A DNA stretch of 64,000 bases, from contig OY970192.1 in the NCBI GenBank assembly GCA_963708135.1, positions 3,968,001 through 4,032,000 of the forward strand. The letters are read 5' to 3'. A program made the position numbers and the translations under genes. Numbering within the stretch: the first letter of the stretch is position 1; each line of letters opens with the position of its first letter. The DNA comes from an uncultured Gemmatimonadales bacterium. Its GTDB lineage: Bacteria > Gemmatimonadota > Gemmatimonadetes > Longimicrobiales > RSA9. The notes below the pieces were generated by a model. It was given only the letters and a program-made list of their open reading frames with translations. It did no database searches and was not told where the DNA came from. Below are positions 18,688 through 27,877 of the stretch, piece after piece.

Positions 18688-19839
18688 CTACACGATCTGC
18701 TTCTTGATCCGGATCCCGCGTCGCTCCAGCTGCCGCACGTATTCCTCGGCCGGCACCACCTCGTCCGGCGTGGCCACGCCCGCGCCGCCCGTCTTCCCCT
18801 CCGCCTGCAGCTGCCCGGTGATGGAGAGCGAGTAGCCGGTCGTCCGCTCCATCGAGCTGATGCCGTTCTTCTCGTCGAAGTAGTCGAGCATGTCGTAGAC
18901 GATCCGGCGCGGCTCCCCGTCCTTCCGCCCATCCACCTCCACCCGCATCGCGACCAGGTCCTTCCCGCCGGTGCGCCTGAGCCGCGGCTCCACCACGGCG
19001 ATGAACAGGTCCCGCGGCACCACCTCCTGCCCGTCCACGGCCACCGGTTCGAGCCCGAGCAGACCCAGCTCCCGCACCGCGCGCATGATCGAGGCGTGCC
19101 CGGGGTAGCGGAGCGTCTTGTACTGCATCTCGCGCACCCGCCCCTCGTAGCGCCAGGGCAGCGTGGACAGGCCGCCGCCCGTCTGGAACGCCTCGAGGAT
19201 CCCGACCGGCGCGGGAAAATCCACCGGCTCGAGCTCGGAGAGAGCGTCCACCTGCTTCGGCTTCCCCTCGCGCAGCACCCACGCCGGCGTGGTGTAGTAG
19301 TCGAGCACGCCGTGAAGCGAGTAGACGATCTGGTAGTTCAGCGGCGGCTCCGGGTGCTGCGGCAGCCCGCCGACGCGGATCTTGACGGAATCCGTCGCCT
19401 CCAGCTCGCGGATCCCCTGCGCGGCCAGGATGTTCACCATCCCGGGCGCCAGCCCGCAGTCGGGGATGACGCTCGCGCCCCTCTCCTTCGCGCGCCCATC
19501 CAGCTCCAGCTGCTGGAAGACGATCTGCGTGTTGCCGCCCAGGTCACAGTAGTGGACGCCCGCGTCCACCGCCGCCACCGTCGCGTCCAGGTTGAAGTAG
19601 TACGGCAATGCGTTCATGCACACCCGCCGCCCCTCCATGACCCTGCGCAGCGCCGCGGTGTCGCGCGCGTCCAGGGTGACCAGCTCCAGCCGCGCGTCCC
19701 CGCGGTACGTCGCCAGGAACGGCGGGATCGCGTTAACATCAATGTCCGCCAGCGTCACCCGCTCCACCGCTTCGTTCTGAAGCAGGTCGTACGCGCACGC
19801 CGAGCCCTGTAGCCCGGCCCCCAGCACCAGCATCCGCAT
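18688..19839 (-). CDS. Saccharopine dehydrogenase / lysine 6-dehydrogenase family
   Basis: VLGAGLQG Rossmann, NALPY, HYCDLGG, DCGLAPG, VGGLPQHPEPPLNY, YKTLRYPGH. Confidence 0.9.
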   Translation of the reverse strand: MRMLVLGAGLQGSACAYDLLQNEAVERVTLADIDVNAIPPFLATYRGDARLELVTLDARDTAALRRVMEGRRVCMNALPYYFNLDATVAAVDAGVHYCDLGGNTQIVFQQLELDGRAKERGASVIPDCGLAPGMVNILAAQGIRELEATDSVKIRVGGLPQHPEPPLNYQIVYSLHGVLDYYTTPAWVLREGKPKQVDALSELEPVDFPAPVGILEAFQTGGGLSTLPWRYEGRVREMQYKTLRYPGHASIMRAVRELGLLGLEPVAVDGQEVVPRDLFIAVVEPRLRRTGGKDLVAMRVEVDGRKDGEPRRIVYDMLDYFDEKNGISSMERTTGYSLSITGQLQAEGKTGGAGVATPDEVVPAEEYVRQLERRGIRIKKQIV

Positions 19840-19965
19840 GTACCCTCCGAGATGAGATCGAGCGGGAAGGATCCGCCTGCGCATTCCCTCCGTTGTGTGC
19901 CATCCGCCGGACCCGTCGTCGGGCTCCGGTCCAGCCTTCCACAGTGCGTTCCCCCGCCCCTGGTG

Positions 19966-21723
19966 TCAACTCGGCGGCGCAGGCTCCACGACGGCCAGCA
20001 CCCAACCGTCCGGGTCCGCCACCACGCCCGTGGGCCGCGCCGGCAGCGGCACCGCCGCGGTCGTGGTCCGGCCGCGTAGCTCGATGCTGCGCCGCACGTC
20101 CCCGCCTCGGGTGTGCACCAGCAGCGTGAGCGGCATCCGGAACGCCGGCCACGACGCGGGCTGCACCTGCTCGACCGTGACAGCGGCGCGGCGGCTCGCC
20201 GCATCCCATTGCCAGGCGACGCGCAGCCGCGGGTACCCCGGCTGGCGCAGCCACTCGTCGAAGAACCACCCCAGGTCCTTCCCGGAGGCCGTCTCCATCG
20301 CGGACCGCAGGTCCGAGGTGAGGGCCGTTCCGTTCACGTGGGCCCGATAGTAGCCCCGGATCCCGCGGAAGAACGCGCTGTCTCCCAGCACGCCCCGGAG
20401 CATGTGGAGCACCCACGCGCCCTTCTGGTAGTTGTTCGCGTTCAGGAGCGCGAACAGGTCGTGCTGCGCCGTGTCGATTACCGGCCGGTCCACCACGTCC
20501 GAGCGCAGGTACGCCGCGCGGTTCTCCGCCATCATCGCCCGGAACGCCGCCTCGCCGTCCTCCTGCTCGTAGAACAGCGCCGCGAAGTACGTCGCGAATC
20601 CCTCCGAGAGCCAGAGATGGTGCCAGTCCGCCTCCGTCACCGCATCACCGAACCACTGGTGCGCCGTCTCGTGCGCCGCGGTCCGCTCGATGTCGTGGCC
20701 ACTCGCCAGGGCGCGCTCGTCGTAGAAGATGGCGCTCGCGTTCTCCATGCCGCCGAAACGCGTCGACGACTCCACGTGCGCCAGCTTCCCGTACTGGAAA
20801 GGACCGACCAGCCGGCTGTAGACCGCGACCATGCTGTCCGCCCGCCGGAACGAGCGCGCCGCCGCAGCCGTGTCCTGCGGGAACGCCCACCAGCTCACGA
20901 CCGGGCAGCGCTCGCCCTCACGCCCGCACACCGCGCCCACGAGCCCGATGCGGAACTCGGCCGCGCCGATCACCATCGTGTACGTCGGGATCGACACCGC
21001 CGTCGCCCACCGCCATACCGCGCGGGGCACCGATGCGCCGCCCGCCGGCACCAGCGGGGGGGGGCCGCCGCTGTCCGCGCGGACGCCGTTCGCCACCACC
21101 GACCACGCGGCCGGCGCGCTCACGGTGAACGCCACCGTCGCCTTGTCGCTCGGATGGTCGATCGACGGGAACCAGAAGCGCGCCCGGTTCGGCCAGTCGT
21201 CGGCGAATGCCGCACGCACGCCGTGCGCGTTCGGCCTGATGATCAGCCCGTCGTCCGGGTGACCGTGGTACAGGACCGCCACCGCGAGCGTGTCCGCCCC
21301 GCCGGCCGTGCCGGGGCCCGGCGGCAGCGCCACGCGCAACTTCCCGTCGGCATAGCGGTAGCCGGCCGGGGACCCGTCCACGGCCACCGAGTTGACCAGC
21401 AGCCCCGTCAGGTCCAGCGCCAGTGTGTCCAGCGCCTCATCCGTGCGCGCCACCCGCGCCGCAGCGCGCCCGCGGATCAGCGAGCCGGTGTCGGGAAGCG
21501 CGAGCGAGATGTCGTAGTGGAGCGCGTCGAATCCCGGCTCGTACGCGCCCGGCGGCGGCGCCATGCCGGCCTGAATCGGCGGCGGCTCCGGGGCCTCGGC
21601 CGCCACCGGCAGCGGCGGCTCCCGGGGCTCGGTGCGGGGCGGAGGATAGCGCGTCCCGCTCCCGGCCCGGGTGCAGCCCGCCGCGAGCGCGAGCAGGAAG
21701 GTCACAGCGGCGCGGCATCGCAT
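19966..21723 (-). CDS. M1 family aminopeptidase, lipoprotein
   Basis: Lipobox AAGC; GGMEN, HETAHQWFG..18..E (WLSEGFATY), YQKGAWVLHMLR. Confidence 0.92.
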   Translation of the reverse strand: MRCRAAVTFLLALAAGCTRAGSGTRYPPPRTEPREPPLPVAAEAPEPPPIQAGMAPPPGAYEPGFDALHYDISLALPDTGSLIRGRAAARVARTDEALDTLALDLTGLLVNSVAVDGSPAGYRYADGKLRVALPPGPGTAGGADTLAVAVLYHGHPDDGLIIRPNAHGVRAAFADDWPNRARFWFPSIDHPSDKATVAFTVSAPAAWSVVANGVRADSGGPPPLVPAGGASVPRAVWRWATAVSIPTYTMVIGAAEFRIGLVGAVCGREGERCPVVSWWAFPQDTAAAARSFRRADSMVAVYSRLVGPFQYGKLAHVESSTRFGGMENASAIFYDERALASGHDIERTAAHETAHQWFGDAVTEADWHHLWLSEGFATYFAALFYEQEDGEAAFRAMMAENRAAYLRSDVVDRPVIDTAQHDLFALLNANNYQKGAWVLHMLRGVLGDSAFFRGIRGYYRAHVNGTALTSDLRSAMETASGKDLGWFFDEWLRQPGYPRLRVAWQWDAASRRAAVTVEQVQPASWPAFRMPLTLLVHTRGGDVRRSIELRGRTTTAAVPLPARPTGVVADPDGWVLAVVEPAPPS

Positions 21724-21817
21724 CGGCCCGGCCTCCTCCTATGACGGTATTCTCGTTCCCGGCCGCGCGCGCCGGCCGGGCCGCCCCACGCCCGGCGGAA
21801 CCGCCGGCGCCGGGCCG

Positions 21818-24325
21818 CTACCTCGGCGGGGACCGGACGATGTCTCTCCCGATGGGCATGCTGCCCCGCGGCGGCGGCGGCGGCGTGCTGTCCCGCGCCG
21901 CCCGTGTGGTGTCCCGCGCCGGCGCCGTGCTGTCCGGCGGAGCCGGCTTCTCCTTCCCCGCCTTCGGCGGCGGGGGCTGCTTCCCCGGCGCGGGCTTCGA
22001 CGGACTCCCCTTCTTCACGCTGTCGGCACGGATGGAGTCCGGCGACGTGCGCGGAAGGGGCGGGAGCGTATCCACGCGCGGGGGGATCCGCTGCACGCGC
22101 GCCGTCGTATCCACGGGGACCCGGCCCGGCATCGGCACTCGCTGCCTGGTCGTGTCCATCTCCTCGGCCGCCGCCGGCACCGTGTCGGAGCCGGGGTCAC
22201 TGAAGATGCGCGCCTTCAGCCGGTCCCACCAGCTACGGTCCCCGGCCGCCACCCCACCCAGCGTGTCGTACGGCTGCTCCGCCGCGTAGCCCGGCGGCAC
22301 GCCGTAGCAGGCCGCCATCGGCGCCGTCCCCTGGATGAAGTACTCGGTCTGGGTCGGCCCCATCGGCGGGCATTCCGGAGAGCTGATGTCCCCGTTCGCG
22401 TCCACGACCATCGCCTCTACGCCCGCCGGCATGCCCCACCCCCCGCCGTTCGTGCCCACCCGCGCCATCACCCGGCCCCACACCGGCGCCGCCAGCGTCC
22501 CGCCCTGCCCACCCCGGACGATCGTCTGCGGTTTGTCCAGGCCGACCCACACCCCCATCACCAGCTGCGGCGTGTAGCCGACGAACCACGCGTCCGCGCC
22601 GTCCTGCGTCGTGCCCGTCTTGCCCGCCGCCACGCCGTGGAAGCCGACGGCCCGGACCGCCGTCCCCGTTCCCTCGTCCACCACGTCCCGCAGGATGCTC
22701 GTCAGCACGAACGCGGTGGCCGGATCCAGCACCTGCTGCGTCTGGACCGGCTGCGCCCATATCGTCCGCCCATCCCGATCCTCCACCTCCGTCACCAGAC
22801 GCGGCGTCGGCCGCGTCCCCAGCGTCGCGAACGCCGCATAGGCATCCGTCAGCTCCAGCGGCGTGACCGAGACCACCCCCAGCGCCACCGAAGGTACATC
22901 CGGGATCGTCTCGTCGATCCCGATCTGGTGCGCCTCGTCGATGATCCGGCCATACCCGACCGCCTGCGCCAGCCGCACCGTCGGAATGTTCAGCGAGTGC
23001 ACCAACGCATCGTGCAGCGTGACCTCGCCCGTCTGCTCACCCTCGAAGTTCTGCGGCGCCCATACCTTCCCGCCGCTCGCCGCCAGCCGCAGCGGAGACC
23101 CCGACAGCCGGTACGTCGGCGGATACCCCGCCTGCAGCGCCGCCGCGTATACGAACGGCTTGAACGCGCTCCCCGGCTGCCGCTTCGCCAGCAGCACCCG
23201 GTCGAACTTCGACTGGTCGAAGTCGCGCCCCCCGACCCACGCCCGCACATCCCCCGTCCGCGCATCCAGCATCACAAGCGCGCCCTGCAGATATTTCGTC
23301 CCTTCCTGCGACGTGTCCTGCGATGCCGGGTCGTAGCGCGGATGCCCGTACCCCCCGTACGCCCCGTGCTCGATCGATTCCAGCTGCCGCTCCAGCTCGG
23401 CCTTCGCCACCCGCTGCGCGTCGAGATCCAGCGTCGTGTGGATCCGTAGCCCCCCGGTGTACAGCTCATCACCCAGCTGATCCTCCAGCGTCTGCCGCAC
23501 CGCCTCGATGAAGTACGGCGCCTGGTTCTCCTCTCCCTTCGAGCGGCCATGCGCCAGCCGCAGCCGCGCCGATTCCGCCGCGCGCTTCTGCGCCCCCGTG
23601 ATCAGCCCCTGCTCCGCCATCTTGTCCAGCACCACGTTCCGCCGCGCCAGCGCCGCCTCCCGGTCCGAGCGCGGGTTGTTCCGCGACGGCGCCTGCGGCA
23701 GACCCGCCAGCGTCGCCGCCTCCGAAAGGCTCAGCCGGCGCGCCGGCTTGCCGAAGTACTCCTGCGCCGCCGCGTCGATGCCCCATGCACCATGACCAAA
23801 GTAGATCTGGTTCAGGTACAGCTGCAGGATGTCCTGCTTCGTGAACCGGTCCTCGATCTTCTCCGCCACCCGCATCTCCGACAACTTCCGCCACGGCGTC
23901 TTCTCCTGCGCCGGCAGCCGGTTCGGAAACAGGTTGCGCGCCAGCTGCATCGTGATCGTGCTGAACCCCTCCCGGAAGTCCATCGCCTTCGCATCCGCCA
24001 GCACCGCCCCTGGCACCCGCCGCCAGTCCACCCCGTGATGCTCCCAGAACCGCTGGTCCTCCACCGCCACGAACGCCTCGCCCACATACTTCGGCAGCGA
24101 GTCCAGCGGCACGATCTCCCGGTTCACCCGGAACAGCTTCCCCACTTCCTGGCCCCGCCGGTCCAGCACCACCGACGCCTCATCCGGGATATAGGCCCGC
24201 AGCCCCTTCACGTCCGGACACCCCTCGAACCCGCACGTGTAGTAGGTCGCCACGCCCGCCAGCAGCGCGAGCGCGCCAACCACCAGCAGAATCGCCAGTG
24301 CCACACCCGCCTTCGTTCGCTTCAT
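21818..24325 (-). CDS. Class A penicillin-binding protein (PBP1A family)
   Basis: GT51 motifs EDQRFWEHHGVD, GFSTITMQLARN, LYLNQIYFG; transpeptidase SAFK, SLN, KTG; Pro-rich tail. Confidence 0.94.
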   Translation of the reverse strand: MKRTKAGVALAILLVVGALALLAGVATYYTCGFEGCPDVKGLRAYIPDEASVVLDRRGQEVGKLFRVNREIVPLDSLPKYVGEAFVAVEDQRFWEHHGVDWRRVPGAVLADAKAMDFREGFSTITMQLARNLFPNRLPAQEKTPWRKLSEMRVAEKIEDRFTKQDILQLYLNQIYFGHGAWGIDAAAQEYFGKPARRLSLSEAATLAGLPQAPSRNNPRSDREAALARRNVVLDKMAEQGLITGAQKRAAESARLRLAHGRSKGEENQAPYFIEAVRQTLEDQLGDELYTGGLRIHTTLDLDAQRVAKAELERQLESIEHGAYGGYGHPRYDPASQDTSQEGTKYLQGALVMLDARTGDVRAWVGGRDFDQSKFDRVLLAKRQPGSAFKPFVYAAALQAGYPPTYRLSGSPLRLAASGGKVWAPQNFEGEQTGEVTLHDALVHSLNIPTVRLAQAVGYGRIIDEAHQIGIDETIPDVPSVALGVVSVTPLELTDAYAAFATLGTRPTPRLVTEVEDRDGRTIWAQPVQTQQVLDPATAFVLTSILRDVVDEGTGTAVRAVGFHGVAAGKTGTTQDGADAWFVGYTPQLVMGVWVGLDKPQTIVRGGQGGTLAAPVWGRVMARVGTNGGGWGMPAGVEAMVVDANGDISSPECPPMGPTQTEYFIQGTAPMAACYGVPPGYAAEQPYDTLGGVAAGDRSWWDRLKARIFSDPGSDTVPAAAEEMDTTRQRVPMPGRVPVDTTARVQRIPPRVDTLPPLPRTSPDSIRADSVKKGSPSKPAPGKQPPPPKAGKEKPAPPDSTAPARDTTRAARDSTPPPPPRGSMPIGRDIVRSPPR

Positions 24326-24453
24326 GCACCCGTTCCCTTTGGATTGGTCCACCTCTCCTATCGGCAAGTACCAGACCAGGATAGCCCCCCTGCCCCCACC
24401 TGGCCGCCACCCTCGACGCCCCCGTTGTCCCCCACCCGCCGTCCCCCGGGGGA

Positions 24454-24508
24454 TTGACGCTCCCCCCGCCCGTGTCCCATCTTTCCACGTCTACCGAACG
24501 AGCGTTCG
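24454..24508 (+). promoter_or_regulatory. paa promoter (TTGACG-18-CATCTT) with PaaR-type operator CGAACGAGCGTTCG
   Basis: Palindrome at 24495-24508 fits the TetR-family PaaR consensus CNAACGNNCGTTNG and lies between the -10 and the GGAGG RBS. Confidence 0.65.
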
Positions 24509-24523
24509 AACGAGCGGAGGACC

Positions 24524-25468
24524 ATGGCACGACTCTCCGAGGAGCAGCTCAAGCAGAAGGTCCAGGATGGCTACATCCTCGAGTCGCCGGACGAGATGAC
24601 GGACGGCTACCGCAAGGCGCTCATCGTACAGCTCCTCGTCCAGGGCGACACGGAGCTCATCAGCGCGCCCGCCTACTGGATGGCCGCGCAGGATGCGCCG
24701 TCCACGAACACCCAGGTCTCCGCCGTCGCGATCATCCAGGATGAGCTGGCGCACGCCAACATCGCCTATCGGATCCTCGAGGACCTCGGGCTGGACAAGG
24801 AGCAGCTCGTCTACGGCCGCGAGCCGCACGAGTTCAAGCACCCCTACGGTTTCGACCAGCCCCTGGAGAGCTGGGTGGAGCTCGTCACGGCCAACGGCTT
24901 CTTCGATCGCGCGGGCATCACGCTGCTCTCGGACGTGTACAAGAACACCTCCTACGGGCCGCTCAAGCGGGCCCTCGTCAAGGTGGACCTCGAGGAGACG
25001 TTCCACCTGCGCCACGGCGAGGTATGGATGAAGCGGCTCGCGCAGGCGGGAGGTGAGGCGCGCGAGAAGCTGCAGCGGGCGGTCGATTGGATGTTCCCGA
25101 TGACGATCGAGTGGTTCGGCCTGCCGGACGAGATGAAACGTCACAGCGGGCAGCTCGAGTACCGGCTGAAGGGACTCACGAACGACCAGCTCCGGCAGGT
25201 CTGGATGTCCTCCACCGTGCCGCTCTGCGAGTCGCTCGATCTGGATGTCCCCGCTCACTGGGATGAGGAGGAGCAGCGGTACGTGCTCGACTATCCCTTC
25301 CCCTGCCGCTACGACGCGTCGGAGAAGCGCTGGCTCTTCGAGCAGGGCCAGATCACGTGGGACCAGGTCTTCGAGCGCTGGAGGGCGCGCGGCCCGATGA
25401 ACGAGCGCTACGTCGAGAGCGTCCGCCGCAGCCACGCGCCGATGAACCGGATGCTGAACGCCGCGTGA
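24524..25468 (+). CDS. paaA: Phenylacetyl-CoA epoxidase large diiron subunit (PaaA-like)
   Basis: Ferritin-like diiron motifs DTE, QDELAH, D, EETFH; YRKALI, APS..., LQRAVDWMFP. Confidence 0.8.
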   Translation: MARLSEEQLKQKVQDGYILESPDEMTDGYRKALIVQLLVQGDTELISAPAYWMAAQDAPSTNTQVSAVAIIQDELAHANIAYRILEDLGLDKEQLVYGREPHEFKHPYGFDQPLESWVELVTANGFFDRAGITLLSDVYKNTSYGPLKRALVKVDLEETFHLRHGEVWMKRLAQAGGEAREKLQRAVDWMFPMTIEWFGLPDEMKRHSGQLEYRLKGLTNDQLRQVWMSSTVPLCESLDLDVPAHWDEEEQRYVLDYPFPCRYDASEKRWLFEQGQITWDQVFERWRARGPMNERYVESVRRSHAPMNRMLNAA

Positions 25469-25860
25469 GCGCTCCGGGCGAGGTTTCCCGCTCCAACTCC
25501 GCGGGCGTGAGCGAGGCCGCGGGAGCCCGGCCCGCCACCGGCGCCATCGAGCCGGGCTCGGAGGCGCTCTGGCAGGCGCTGCGGGAGGTGAACGATCCCG
25601 AGTTTCCGATCAGCCTCGTGGACCTCGGCCTGGTCTACGGTATCCGCCGCGCCGGCCCGCTCGTGGAGGTGGACCTCACCTTCACGGCCACGGCCTGTCC
25701 CTGCATGGACTTCATCGAGGAGGACGTGCGAAATCGGCTGCTCGAGGAGCCCGGCGTCGAACGGGTCGAGATCCGCCAGGTGTGGGATCCGCCCTGGACG
25801 CGCGAGCGGATGACTGAAGAAGGAAGGGCCGCGCTGCGCCGCTGCGGCGTCGCCGCCTAG
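25465..25860 (+). CDS. DUF59/MIP18 metal-sulfur cluster assembly protein (PaaD N-terminal part)
   Basis: LREVNDPEFPISLVDLGLV, TFTATACP, VWDPPWT..RMTEEGR. GTG overlaps the paaA stop. Confidence 0.85.
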   Translation: MSAPGEVSRSNSAGVSEAAGARPATGAIEPGSEALWQALREVNDPEFPISLVDLGLVYGIRRAGPLVEVDLTFTATACPCMDFIEEDVRNRLLEEPGVERVEIRQVWDPPWTRERMTEEGRAALRRCGVAA

Positions 25861-25890
25861 CCCCGCGCCCCGAAACCCGAGCCCCGAGCC

Positions 25891-26094
25891 ATGGTCTACG
25901 AGGTCTTCGCACGCAAGAGCCGCGGCGAGCCGCTGCGCCACATCGGCAACCTCAACGCGCCCGACGACGAGCTCGCGCGCGTGTACGCCTACAACACCTA
26001 CGACGAGGAGAAGTGGTTCGACATGTGGATCGCGCCGCGTGACCGCTTCCTCGAGGTGTTCAACGTCGACCGCGCCGCCGGGACGCCTTTCTGA
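25891..26094 (+). CDS. paaB: PaaB-like small epoxidase subunit
   Basis: YEVFARKSRGEPLRHIGNLNAPDDELA..YA motif typical of PaaB, plus operon position. Confidence 0.8.
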   Translation: MVYEVFARKSRGEPLRHIGNLNAPDDELARVYAYNTYDEEKWFDMWIAPRDRFLEVFNVDRAAGTPF

Positions 26095-26897
26095 TGGCGA
26101 CGACGCCGACCGCCGACGCCGCGTCGGACCTCCAGCCGCCGGTGCGTGAGGCGCTCCGCGACCTTATCCTCGTCCTCGCCGACAGCAAGCGCCTCCTCGG
26201 CACCCGGTACGCCGAGTGGATCCTGGGTGCGCCCGAGCTCGAGACCGGCATCGCCTGCGCTTCGATGGCCCAGGACGAGTGGGGGCACGGCCGTCTCTTC
26301 TACGCCATGCTCAAGGACTTCGGCGAGGATCCCGGACCGCTGGAGCACGACCGGGAGCCGGCGGACTATCGCAGCCTCGAGCCGCTCGACCGCGAGCCGG
26401 ACGGCTGGCCCGACGTCGTCGCCCTTTTCGCGCTCGCCGATGCCGCCCTCTCCGCCCAGATCGAGGCGCTCCGCGGCTCGGCCTACGCGCCGCTCCGCCA
26501 GCGCGTGGAGAAGCTGCTGGTCGAGGAGCGCTTCCACGCCGCCCATGGCGCCGCCTGGGTCCACCGCCTGGCCGGCACGGAGGACGCCCGCGCTGCCCTC
26601 GCGGCGTCCTGCCGCGCCATGCTGCCCTCCCTCGCACGCTGGTTCGGGCCCGACTCCGAGCGCGCCCGCGCGCTCGTCCAGGCCGGCATTGCCGATGCCG
26701 CGGGTGGGGCACTCCGTGCCCGCTTTTACGAACGCGTCGCCCCGCTGCTCGCCGCGGTCGGCGTCGAGACCACGACCGCCGAACCCGACTTCGACGGCTT
26801 CGATGAGGGCGCCCGTCGCGGCCATGCCGGCGCCCCCGATGCCGCGACCATCGCCCACGTGCGCGGCGACCTGAACCGCGCTTTCCTGATGGACTGA
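26094..26897 (+). CDS. paaC: PaaC-like structural epoxidase subunit
   Basis: LAD.K.LLG.RY.EW..GAPELE..IA..SMAQDEWGH, EERFH motifs. Confidence 0.8.
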   Translation: MATTPTADAASDLQPPVREALRDLILVLADSKRLLGTRYAEWILGAPELETGIACASMAQDEWGHGRLFYAMLKDFGEDPGPLEHDREPADYRSLEPLDREPDGWPDVVALFALADAALSAQIEALRGSAYAPLRQRVEKLLVEERFHAAHGAAWVHRLAGTEDARAALAASCRAMLPSLARWFGPDSERARALVQAGIADAAGGALRARFYERVAPLLAAVGVETTTAEPDFDGFDEGARRGHAGAPDAATIAHVRGDLNRAFLMD

Positions 26898-26899
26898 CC

Positions 26900-27100
26900 G
26901 TGGCCGACCTGCACGACCCCGCCGACACCGCCGCCCGCATGGGCCTGCCCGTCGCCGTCCGCTGCCCCTTCTGCGAGCGCGACGATACCGAGCTCCATTC
27001 CCCGTTCGGCTCCGCGCTGTCCGTCGCCACCTACTGGTGCCGTCGCTGCCACACCGCCTTCGAGTGGTTCAAGTGGGGCGCCGAAGCCGGAAATAAGTAG
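26900..27100 (+). CDS. Stand-alone PaaD-type zinc ribbon
   Basis: CPFC..DTE..SPFGS......YWCRRC..AFEWFK matches the C-terminal ribbon of PaaD. Confidence 0.75.
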   Translation: MADLHDPADTAARMGLPVAVRCPFCERDDTELHSPFGSALSVATYWCRRCHTAFEWFKWGAEAGNK

Positions 27101-27313
27101 CGAGCCTCGCAACAAAGATCCCGCCCTTTCGGGTATCTTCGGGATCCCCGGCGCGCTCCCCGACAAGCCTGCAAGCTACTTCCAGTCCACGATTTGAGCC
27201 TCCGTTCCATCACCTCCCCGGCACCGGGAACGTGCCTTGCCCCACCGCCGGGCCGGGAGTGACGAAGCTCCCTGACAGTGCGGAAGCGACGCAGCTTCGC
27301 AACAAGACATGGA

Positions 27314-27403
27314 CGCTGCTCAGAGCAAAGCCGCCGAAAGGCGGTGGCGCAGAGCCACGGGGCTACAGCGGTTCAGGCCGCCATGTCCGCCGGGCCGCCA
27401 GCG
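27314..27403 (+). ncRNA. c-di-GMP-I (GEMM) riboswitch aptamer, A20 variant (predicted c-AMP-GMP sensing)
   Basis: P1 CGCTG/CAGCG; GCTCAGAGCAAA junction; P2 GCCGCC-GAAA-GGCGGT; GGCGC-AGA-GCCACGGG; 3' GCCGGGCCGCC. Colinear with the Vc2 aptamer layout. Confidence 0.82.
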
Positions 27404-27472
27404 ATTCGACACCATCGTCGAGGCTGGTGGCCCGTTGCGTTACCGGCCCGACCGCACCCGGAGGAGTGATCC

Positions 27473-27619
27473 ATGGGCAGTGCAGTCGGAATCCTCCTGA
27501 TGTTGTGCCTGCCCCTGATGGTGAGCTTCATCGTCATCTGCCTCACGGCCGCGAAGGCGCTCTACAACGAGCAGGAGCGCCTGGTCACGCTCTCACGGAG
27601 CGAGGCAACGACGAGCTGA
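27473..27619 (+). CDS. 48-aa single-TM microprotein downstream of the riboswitch (absent from ORF track)
   Basis: GGAGGAG RBS at 27460-27466; MGSAVGILLMLCLPLMVSFIVICLTAAKALYNEQERLVTLSRSEATTS*. Confidence 0.7.
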   Translation: MGSAVGILLMLCLPLMVSFIVICLTAAKALYNEQERLVTLSRSEATTS

Positions 27620-27877
27620 TCCGGCCGCCTCACGAGCACCGGGGGTACGCCCCTCCAAAGTTGGCCGCCGCGCCGGGTCGACGAGGAAAAGCGACGACTC
27701 CCACCGGCCGTAACTCCGCGGGCCTCGCAAACCCGCGCTCGCCCCACCACCGACTCTACCGGACTGCTTGCTCCCGGTGCCGGGGCCCGGATCTCGCGGC
27801 GGCTCTCGATTCCTTCGAGGGCCGCCGCTCGCTCATCCGCCTCCCACCATCCTCTGCTCTGCTCACCGCGATCCCAA

